From assembly GCA_054661495.1 (NCBI GenBank), contig BAAFSQ010000360.1, positions 1 to 8,981 on the forward strand: 8,981 bases of DNA, in the 5' to 3' direction. This document shows positions 1-7,779 of the stretch, one piece after another; positions within the stretch are counted from its first letter, which is position 1, and each line of letters opens with the position of its first letter. The notes beneath the pieces are model-generated. The model saw nothing but the letters and a program-made list of their open reading frames with translations. It was not told the origin of the DNA and searched no databases. A program made the translations under genes and the position numbers. Source of the DNA: Zygophlyctis sp. KS116 (Eukaryota; Fungi; Chytridiomycota).

Positions 1-72
1 GTCTTTCTTAAAAAATAGATTATTTTATTAAAAAAATAAGATATAAATAAATAAAGATTATTTTTTTCCAAG

Positions 73-921
73 GCCTGGATGGATCGGATGAAACTCCCGC
101 GGGAGATGAATTCAGCAGTCTATGGCCGAGACCAACTACTGGATTTAGACATGATTGCGCAGTGGTTGTTAGTTTATGGAAGACTTTTGGGAAGAAAACT
201 ATTCTTTTTCCTGGATTAGTTTTCCGCAATGGATGTTGTATGGGCGCACCCTTTTTCCTTTTAAATGATATTCCGGGTGTAACTTGTGTAAACGGGCATG
301 TAACTGATATGTAATTATCTGTATCTATAATTAAACAGTGATTGGTATAAAAAAGGTCTTGTTGGTCCGATTCCTCCTGCTGTTAAAAATTTGAAGAATT
401 TGAAAAACTTGTAAGAAGAAATGTAATAACTATAGATGGCTTTCTTATAATCAATTATCAGGACCCATCCCTGAAGAACTCGGAGAAATGGCTAGCTTGG
501 AAGGATTATGGCTAAATGATAATCACTTTACTGGGAATATTCCTGCAGGTATAGCATCTCTTGAAAGTTTAGTCTACCTGTATCCTAATTTTCTTATAAA
601 TCATAGGTTTATAAACAACAACAAGCTAACTGGACAAATTCCAAAGGAGATTGGAAAGTTAGTAGAGTTGCAGGGACTGTATGTTGAATTTTTAACATTT
701 AGCTATTTGAACAATAACGATCTGTCGGGTGAAATTCCTGAAGAATTGGCGTCTTTGAAGAAGTTGAGATATTTGTAATATTTGATAATTAAAGTAAGGT
801 ATTTGAATAATAACAACTTTTCCGGAACTCTTCCTCAAGGAATAACGGGATTGCGAGATTTGAAATATCTGTAAAGAGTTTTTAAATTTAAAAAGATAGC
901 TTGACTGATCCAGGACTTTGA
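73..921 (+). CDS. Intron-rich LRR protein: Cys-containing N-cap plus six 24-aa plant-specific-type LRRs (first atypical). 5' end unresolved.
   Basis: Manual splicing gives exons 73-310, 339-410, 436-579, 607-678, 703-774, 799-870, 900-921 and GT-AG introns 311-338, 411-435, 580-606, 679-702, 775-798, 871-899. The spliced frame is open: ...HDCAVVVSLWKTFGKK...GCC...IPGVTCVNGHVTDI DWYKKGLVGPIPPAVKNLKNLKNL WLSYNQLSGPIPEELGEMASLEGL WLNDNHFTGNIPAGIASLESLVYL FINNNKLTGQIPKEIGKLVELQGL YLNNNDLSGEIPEELASLKKLRYL YLNNNNFSGTLPQGITGLRDLKYL LTDPGL*. This matches the LxLxxNxLsGxIPxxLxxLxxLxx consensus. There is no in-frame ATG before the cap (in-frame TAA at 48-50), and the AG at 71-72 may be an acceptor. The last acceptor could instead be 895, giving a stop at 897-899. 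Confidence 0.88.
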
Positions 922-1254
922 TATATTGTGTCGTAATAATAAAATGCTAGTATCTGTCACGGGGAGATTCTTAGGATGAGTGTTTCTTAAGCTAATACAA
1001 AACTATCTTAGCATTTCCTAAGTGATGCAATCGGACAAGATGATTAAAAAACAATGCTTGAGCAGAGATATCTATGTTGTAGACAGGGATCGGAAGAAAT
1101 ATATCATATTTTTTTATTATTTATATTTTCTAATGAAAATATTCATTTTCAAAAGTCACAGGACAGAATGGTATTCCACGCATTTATTAAATATATTTAC
1201 AGAATATATTTATTAAATATATCCTCTAAATATGACCATGAAAACCTAGATGAT

Positions 1255-1534
1255 TGTTAAGATCAGTAAGGGAAGAGCAAAAGAATTGAGATTCTTTTTA
1301 TTCCTTTTTTAAAAAAAAGTGTTTCAATCTAAAATAGAATCCTTTTTAACCACGAGAAGGGACTGAGACAAAACATTCCTGAAACCATAGAATGTTCTAG
1401 ATAAGAGATCATTCAAAGTCTACGGCTGGTTTTGATGGTTCTTTTTGATCTAGTGTTAGTGGTTCTGTTCGAACTAGTTCTGACTTTGTGGTCGTGGTCT
1501 GGGTTGTAGTCGTAATTTGTGTTGTATTACAACA
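1255..1534 (-). repeat. Putative 3' LTR of the Gypsy element
   Basis: The minus strand starts TGTTGTAAT at 1534, directly after the purine tract. There is a minus-strand AATAAA at 1302-1297 and a ...TTAACA end at 1255. Alternative ends are 1320 (tgtttcaat) and 1075 (tgttgta). No second LTR copy is present in the window. Confidence 0.5.
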
Positions 1535-1546
1535 TTACCCCCTTCC
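1535..1546 (-). promoter_or_regulatory. Polypurine tract (PPT)
   Basis: Minus-strand GGAAGGGGGTAA lies directly before TGTTG, just downstream of the chromodomain coding region. Confidence 0.75.
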
Positions 1547-2562
1547 AGAAAAGAACCATGTTGAGTTGTTCTTCTCCAATGTTGTTGGATGCAATCAATG
1601 TCATCAAAGTCTTGTTCTGAAACCCATGAGTTAGGATGATCATGTTTCCATTTAACAAGATAGGAACGATCATAATTAACGTCTCCTCGGTGATTTAAGA
1701 TGGAATCACTCGAAAGAACTTTGACTAGTATCAGGAGAGTAGCTGATAATTTTTAATTGTGAAGGGGCAGCATTCCGAGGCAGCAACGAACCTGTTGAAT
1801 CTTGTAGGACATACGAACCGCCTGAAGTCTGTTTGAGTATTTTAAAAGGTCCTTCATAGTATCGTTGCAAGGTAGAGGATCTGGTTGCGTCCCTTTTCAT
1901 CACGTAGGAAGGATTCCTGAGGAGATTCTTTGTTCGATCAAATTTAGATTTAATTCTATCTTGAGGTGTTTTTAGCTTATCAGCCACGGCAGGAAATAAA
2001 ATATCTTGAATGTCTTTTAACCGTTCCAGGAGTTGATTATCAGAGAGAGGTTGGGCAGAAGACGTCGAATAATCCTGAAATGCATTAGAAGATCTGGCAA
2101 ACATTAAAGAAAATGGAGTGGATCCATGACAGGCTTGAACCTTATTGTTTAGATAAAATTGCACTATTGTGACATGTTTTTCCCATGAAGATAGGTCGGC
2201 GTTGATAGATTTACGTATACGTTTTGTTAGATCTACCCACTTTTCAACAAGTCCATCGGCTCTAGGATGATATGCAGTAATGAGGCGATGGTCAATGTTG
2301 CTTACTTTAGTAAAATGAGAGAGGATAGAATTAACAAATTCTGTTCCATTATCAGATTAAATAATTTTGGGGAAGCCAAAGCTACTCTAGATGCCCAGTA
2401 GAATCTTTGCTATAGTAGCTGCTGTTTTGTCCATAAGAGGCGTCAAAAGAACAAATCGTGTGTGTACATCCACGTGTACTAAAATGTAATTATGGCCAGA
2501 TTGTGTGGTAGGAAGGGGACCCAGTAGATCGATAGAGACATGATCAAATGGTAAAGTCACCG
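1547..2562 (-). pseudogene. Gypsy integrase catalytic core, C-terminal GPF/Y region and chromodomain (inactivated)
   Basis: One frame reads PFDHVSIDLLGPLP...LLGI*SSFGFPKII*SDNGTEFVN...TAYHPRADGLVEK...TPFSLMFAR...YEGPFKI, with stops at 2387-2389 and 2357-2359. After a frameshift at ~1707 it continues DSILNHRGDVNYDRSYLVKWKHDHPNSWVSEQDFDDIDCIQQHW, a chromodomain pattern (IL.HR...YLVKW...SW). Confidence 0.92.
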
Positions 2563-3119
2563 ACATATTCGTCCAGCAAGTTAAGTACTGTTCAATTTCT
2601 TCCTCACAATCTTTTACTTGATCTTCCTGATAAATAAGTGCCGCATACTTCTTTAATTGGATTTTAGTATCAAATTTATCATTTCCATCCCAAGAACCTT
2701 GCTTATTTGATGCAGGAGTAAGCATAAAAGAGAATCCCATTGACTCTGTGTGAATAAATGCCCAGCGTTCACCAACAATTTCATTTAATAATCTGTTCTT
2801 TTCACGCGACAGACTCAAGTTTCGAAAATCTAACTTCAATGCAGACATACACTTGTAAAGTTCAAATAAACTTGATTTGTCAGAATCTAACGTTCCAATC
2901 ATTTTTGTGGGTGATGTCAGCACAGGGAATCAAACGGAATTTTATTCAAGTAAGTATCTATTTGGAAGTCCCGCGTCATTTCTTATTTTTTTTACGGTTG
3001 AAAAGGTTATTGTAGTATGAGGTATGAGTAATCTAAAAGTAACCTCTTTTTGCTTACAGTAATTTTACAGTAAAGTTACAGGTTACTCAGCTTACACTTT
3101 TCAGTAAGTGCCAGCCCTA
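2563..3119 (-). mobile_element. Internally deleted hAT-superfamily DNA transposon fragment with one TIR retained
   Basis: The minus strand begins TAGGGCTGG at 3119, a hAT-type terminus. TTAC/GTAA-rich subterminal repeats follow (~3027-3108), then a short ATG-initiated leader (2979) and a transposase-like segment LTSPTKMIGTLDSD...ERWAFIHTESMGFSFMLTP. The insert is flanked by imperfect 8-bp direct repeats agtcaccg (2555-2562) and agtcgcag (3120-3127). hAT TSDs are 8 bp. Confidence 0.72.
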
Positions 3120-3701
3120 AGTCGCAGTGATAACTTTTAAGGGATGAAATACCCTCTTACCTATGTTGAATCTTTGACAGGTTGGACATGATTTTATCAA
3201 TTCTAGTGCATCTGCTCGAAGTGTTGTCCAAATATATCCTAAAGAATTTATAGGATTGATAATTGCAGCCGAGCCAAAATGACCAGATAGATGAGCTGTT
3301 TCTAGGAGTTGCTTTTGAATGTTGAGAGGTGGAAGTTCATATTTATCATTCAAGGAACCTAACCTAACCATTCTTGAAAGACAGTCAGGCACAATGTTGT
3401 CTTTTCCAGAAATGTGAATTATATTAAAGTTGTATTGCAAGAGAGTATCAAACCAGTTCAGAATCATAGAGTTGGTATGTTTTTGGGTGAATAAAAAGAT
3501 GAGAGCCTTGTGGTCCGTAAACAACGTAAAATGATTAAGATAGAGAAAATAATGAAATCTTTGTAGTGCAAAGACTATAGCCAGGAGTTCTCTTTTTGTT
3601 GCCGAATAATTCTTTTCAGATGGAGAGAGAGACCTAGCTTGGAAGCTAATGCATTTCTTAACTTGATTTGTTTCTTGAAAAAGTACTGCTGCAATACTTA
3701 T
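3120..3701 (-). pseudogene. Gypsy RNase H (first catalytic Asp lost) and integrase HHCC zinc-binding domain
   Basis: IAAVLFQ...SEKNYSATKRELLAIVFAL...TDHKAL...GKDNIVPDCLSR, then HLSGHFG...CPTCQ. Confidence 0.93.
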
Positions 3702-3880
3702 TTGAGTAGGTACGTAGATGAGTTGTACTTGATCAGTTTGTATCGCGTCGCGTATAAAGTGGTAGCGTATTGAAATATGTTTTCTCTTGGGGTGATTTTT
3801 CGTTGATACCGCCAACTATAGTGCACCCTAACATAAGTGGTGTTGGAATTGTTTGTGGATAACCTATCTTTCAATATTGA
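3702..3880 (-). pseudogene. Ty1/Copia RNase H C-terminal fragment
   Basis: IGYPQTIPTPLM (frameshift) *GAL*LAVSTKNHPKRKHISIRYHFIRDAIQTDQVQLIYVPT matches the Copia DNQGAI.L...H.RTKHIDIRYHFIR motif. Stops are at 3828-3830 and 3816-3818. Confidence 0.85.
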
Positions 3881-4160
3881 AATCTTACATAGAAATGGTA
3901 AAAGTTTGTAATTTAGCTGCAGACTATCTGTCACGACATCCCATCAATTTAGTCCAAAAACTAAGCACCGATGACTATCTTAAAAATATTGACACACAAC
4001 TTAAATCCAAGACCTCAGTCATTAAACACTATGCACTTATTGATCATGAACTATTTTACCGCAAAGGAAAGACTACCTTAAAAGTCCTCATGACACTACA
4101 AGAACTCTATCTCTTTTTAAAATTATTACATGATCAACTCGGACATGCGTCAATTCAACC
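3870..4160 (+). pseudogene. Second Ty3/Gypsy pol fragment (RNase H end, linker, start of the integrase zinc finger)
   Basis: FNIEILHRNGK (frameshift) NLAADYLSR...LFYRK...LLHDQLGH. Confidence 0.75.
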
Positions 4161-4610
4161 CTTAGAAAAAATGTCTGCTGCCAAGAATGCGCTATCAACA
4201 TGTACCTGTACAATACAAACTTAGGGTTTATTGCAATGGTGATTTGTGGAAATATTTTTCTCATTTTATACCTCTACAAAAAAATTGCACTATAAATGGA
4301 CTATTGAAGGCTTTTGTGCAATAATACGATTTCATGACTTAACCTAACATGTTAACCTAACTATTGATCATTTCTTTATTGAAGTTTATTAGTAAACCCA
4401 ACCCTAAAAAACTCGATTTCTAATTAACCTGTATTGGTGGTCGGAGTATGACTTTGCGGCTTACGAGTCTTGAATTATTAATATGAAAATTATTTACCAT
4501 TTTCCAATAATTTTAACAAGTTATCAGCACCAATGTCAGCAGTTCCTGCGGACATGCATTAGTGATATTTTTAAAAATGTTGTCAACCGGTTTTTGAATC
4601 ATTCAAAAAT

Positions 4611-5806
4611 TACGGCTTAACGCATGAAAGAACTGCCCCATATTCCAGCCCCCAAAATGGAACTACTGAACGACTGAACTAAAGCTACTTGAATACCTTG
4701 CGAACTTCTCTATCTAATTGCACAAACCCCAAATCAGTCATCTACAAGTTTTTGTTAAAGTAGCGTACCCAAATCATAATAAAACTGGTCTGTCCAAAAT
4801 TGAAGCAAGAGCACAACCACTTATGTTCGTCCTTTCGTCCAGAATTGTAATAATCTCACGAGATGTCAGATATACAGAACACATGCTTTTTAACTTAAAA
4901 ATGCACTGCCAACGACTACGCCTATTTAAGTCGTAGTTAGTTTTCCGAAATTCAATAAATAACTAACATCCTTGCCTCTTATCACCCCGCCGGCAACTGT
5001 CGAATAAGCATTGCATGATCATACCACTCTCCCTAATGCAATTGTTTTCCCCACTCTTGAATCTGATGAATCGCCTCCATCTTTTCCTTCCCCTTCTCTC
5101 CAATTCATCAGACATCACTAACAATCTTTCTACAAACCTTAATGGTTCACATAGGCTGCGCCAACGTAGCAATAATTATTGCGGCCCCTACCTATGATGG
5201 CGTATCTCTGCCCCCTAACGCTGAAAAACCCCGCAATAGCTCAAAAATATCCAGTCTAACATACTTTTTCCATCATTGACCGCTCCCCACACAAAATTAA
5301 TATTGTTGACAGTAAATAGGTCTTCAAAGTCAAATACAAAATGTTGTTCATTTTTAAACATGACTCTAAATATATGGGTTAAAACAAATTGGATTTCAGC
5401 AGAAAGATTACTCCGTTATCTAAAAGGAGCAATTGACTTAGCATTGAAACTGTGCACACTGGCCTTGCTAATGCGAACTGGGCCTCGGTCAAAGAGAATC
5501 TAAAATCAACCACTGGGTACATTTTCAAGCTAGGTGATTCGCCCATCCAATGGGTTTAACAATCAACACTGACTCATTCAGAAAGGGATTGAATTAACTA
5601 AAAGCACAAAGAATCATTCTCGCACAAAACGATAAGACACTGGGAACGAATGATATGGAAGTCGACATTTTACCACCGCATCCACAATTTTGCAAACTGC
5701 GAAACATTATTGGGATTTATTGAAATATGTGGGTGTTGGAATCATTCACTGATCTTTTTATAGCATCATCACATGCACCTGGCTTAGCTCTATAAATAGT
5801 AAACTT
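4611..5806 (+). mobile_element. Heavily deleted Ty1/Copia retrotransposon: integrase, SH3-like region, linker, RT ends, RNase H, 3' LTR start
   Basis: Motifs occur in Copia order: GLTHERTAPYSSPQNGTTERLN* (4614-4682); KPQISHLQVF...KIEARA...ISRDV (4724-4870); IVDSK*VFKVK (~5302-5335); WISAERLLRYLKG (~5390-5428); ANWA...KSTTGYIFKLGDSPIQW (~5473-5553); STKNHSRTK (~5603-5629); DMEVDIL...FCKLRNIIG (to ~5715); then TGTTGG at 5734. Confidence 0.88.
5734..5806 (+). repeat. Truncated Copia 3' LTR with TATA box
   Basis: TGTTGGAATC follows the pol stop and a degenerate purine tract (atgtggg). TATAAATAG is at 5791-5799. No clear ...CA end is seen. Confidence 0.55.
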
Positions 5807-6434
5807 ATGATAGATTCATCAAAAAACCATATTCAGAAAGAGCATCCAGAAATCAAGTTTCAATTTCAAAAAAGAGTTAGAAAAAGAAAAGAAGCGGAGT
5901 TACTGACTGCAGGCAGTAGAAGAGTCCGAGAATGGAGAGATAACAAAGCCCAAAATGTAAAATCTGTTGAAGTTTCTAAATATGTTCAAGAATCTGTTGA
6001 AGTTCAATTTGAAGATGAAAAAATTGAAAAGATTTACAAGGCTGTAGAAGAAAAAGAATACAAATTGAAAACCAGGTTTCAGTATATAAAAAATCTAAAG
6101 AGGTTTTTTAGAGATACAGAAGTCAAGAACAATCTTTTATTGCTGACACAAATTTTTGGGTCAATTTGGAACGTGATGCTACTACTACACAGTGGAATTC
6201 TGGCAAATGGGTTGCAAAATTTAATAATTTTAAATCGGAAATCACAGTCGTTATTTTAGAAGTTGTTTTCAAAGAGTTGGACGCTTCTAAATACAACGGG
6301 TTCAACCCTTTTAAAAATGCAGCAAGAAATCTCAGTAAGTATGCTTCTTGCTGCAAATGCAGAGAAAGGTTTTTTTTCAAGAGACAGTAGAGACTGAAAA
6401 TGAAGCTCAAACTACATCTAATGATGCCAAGTAG
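5807..6434 (+). pseudogene. Frameshifted PIN-domain ribonuclease-like gene (PIN_4, Swt1/Smg6-like) with a charged N-terminal region
   Basis: A -1 shift in the T-run at 6135-6138 links ORF 5807 to FIADTNFWV...TVVILEVVFKELDASK...KNAARNLSKY. After further shifts it reads QETVETENEAQTTSNDAK (ND at 6420-6425). This recalls the PIN motifs DTN, V..ELD..K, AR and ND. The domain is truncated. Confidence 0.62.
5961..6004 (+). repeat. 14-bp direct repeat with a 30-nt period
   Basis: aatctgttgaagtt occurs at 5961-5974 and 5991-6004 and encodes SVEV twice. Confidence 0.8.
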
Positions 6435-6524
6435 AGTTAGGGTTACTCTAACACTCTTAACAATAAGTCAAACACAAATATCGGTCAAGTATTTACTTAA
6501 TTTGTATTTGCACCCAAAGTTTAA

Positions 6525-6790
6525 GAGAGATATTTGGATTTGTACCATTAAAATTTAAAGGAGAGCTTAGATAATTTGACGGATTTGAAAAAATCTTCCG
6601 TGCGTGTCCATAAGTAAGTTGAGGTTTAGGCAGGAATGGAAAGCAAAAGACAAAAGTCAATTATGTGAAAGTTTCTTAGGAATCGTTAATATTTTTCGGA
6701 ATTTTATACCAATATGTGCAAGAACCTCTATCTCATCTGACTCGCAAGGCATCGCCTTGGAAGTGGGGTGAATGTGAATCGGATTACTTT
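6525..6790 (+). pseudogene. Third Ty3/Gypsy fragment: reverse transcriptase C-terminal/thumb region
   Basis: QEWKAKDKSQL..SFLGIVNIFRNFIP (frameshift) PLSHLTRKASPWKWGECE spans 6631-6790. A weaker upstream DIWICT may be the remnant following YxDD. Confidence 0.72.
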
Positions 6791-6844
6791 CTTAGTTATT
6801 ATCAGCCCTTACACTAGTTAAAGTCATGGTGCTGATAAAATAGA

Positions 6845-7761
6845 ATATTCCAATAGGAGAGTAATAACAAAGTTATGTCAACAAGAATTAGAATTATTTG
6901 AGTTTGCACCAGTCCTATCAACCAGAAATAAAGTAGTATATCGGGTTAACCAGCACAGGATTACCAATTTTTGCAGGAAGCATAATATACAGGTAATTAT
7001 ATCAACGGCACTTTATACTTTTAATGTTGGAGGACAAAAAGGTTTAACCCTTACGAGATCGTTCGATATTGAAACGAATACAAAAATATTATACTTATCA
7101 ACTAAGTTCAAGTGATAATACAAACTTTGGAAAACGAATTGGAGTCATTAAACTATCAAACGCTGAGCTGGAAAGGATCGTGTTCTTACAAAGAGGAATC
7201 AAAGGATTGTTAACAGAAACATAGCAGTGAACTTAGGACTAGTAAATGGAACTCAGGGTACTATTCACGATATCATTTATCAAGACGAAAGTCAAATCAT
7301 TCATTACGAACAATTTGTAATACTTCAAAAACCACCAATAGTGTTAATTAAGCCAGATATAATAAGTGACTAGCTGCAAACATTGCAATTTCATAATATA
7401 ACCGAAAAACGGATCATTCCTATTATGCCAGTTACAACAACAATGAATATTCCTATGCCAGTTTACTATCCTATCGAAGTGAAACAAATAACTCGTACAC
7501 AATTACCGCTGGCAGGAGCATACTGTTTCACGTCACATAAAGCTCAAGGACAGACAATCCGCTAAACTTATAATTGATCTTCCCACAAATTATCCCACAT
7601 TTGCATCTGCGTACATAACATTTTCCAGAGGTGTAGAAATAAGTAGTTCTTGTCTCTTAAATAAATTAGAGAAAACCCATATAAATACCAAACTTCCCCA
7701 GGAAGTAACGCTTGCCCTTACATTCTTAAAATCATTGGAAAAAATACTAGTCCTTAATTAG
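6845..7761 (+). pseudogene. PIF1-family SF1B helicase C-terminal half (Helitron/Helentron-like RepHel remnant)
   Basis: NRRVI...APVLSTRNKVVYRVN; LLTE/NIAVNLGLVNGTQGTIHDII; PIVLIKPD; RTQLPLAGAYCFTSHKAQGQT; KLIIDL...AYITFSR...LKSLE. Frameshifts occur at ~7105, ~7217 and ~7560, with a stop at 7371-7373. No Rep/HUH domain is visible, so TE origin is inferred. Confidence 0.87.
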
Positions 7762-7779
7762 AAAAAAAGAACCCTACAA

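Larger units (their letters stand above)
1255..3701 (-). mobile_element. Ty3/Gypsy chromovirus-type LTR retrotransposon remnant (RNase H, integrase, chromodomain, PPT, 3' LTR). 5'-truncated and interrupted by a hAT insertion.
   Basis: The domain order RH, HHCC, DDE core, chromodomain, PPT, TG is collinear on the minus strand. The halves ...HPLKVITAT (ends 3120) and TLPFDHVSIDL (resumes ~2557) rejoin once 2563-3119 and one TSD-like copy are removed. The left boundary is uncertain. Confidence 0.9.

Noticed and set aside
20-229. Minus-strand 69-aa ORF
   Set aside because: It is the antisense shadow of the LRR N-cap exon and has no recognisable motif.
1022-1260. Two overlapping short plus-strand ORFs
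   Set aside because: They are AT-rich, dominated by F/I/Y, and show no domain signature.
2387-2923. 178-aa ORF as a single gene
   Set aside because: It is a chimera of hAT transposase and Gypsy integrase pieces.
2758-3015. Plus-strand 85-aa ORF
   Set aside because: It is antisense to the hAT fragment and has no motifs.
3841-3850. tgttggaatt as a 5' LTR partner of tgttggaatc at 5734
   Set aside because: Similarity does not extend past 9 nt, and the site is explained by minus-strand Copia coding sequence (IPTP).
4221-4407. Possible MITE bounded by ttagggtt/aaccctaa, or telomere-like taacctaac repeats
   Set aside because: The inversion is only 8 bp, there is no convincing TSD, and there are too few repeat units for a telomeric array.
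4963-5197. Short ORFs on both strands
   Set aside because: These fall in the C-rich, low-complexity integrase-RT linker of the Copia remnant.
6082-6113. Tiny intron that could repair the PIN frameshift
   Set aside because: The natural acceptor (TAG 6109-6111) gives a 30-nt intron that does not shift frame. Repair needs the weaker AG at 6112-6113, and downstream frameshifts remain regardless.
6123-6410. Minus-strand 95-aa ORF
   Set aside because: It is antisense to the PIN-like coding region.
6432-6450. Hairpin tagagt-tagggtt-actcta at the PIN truncation point
   Set aside because: A 6-bp stem is expected by chance, and no matching element end was found.
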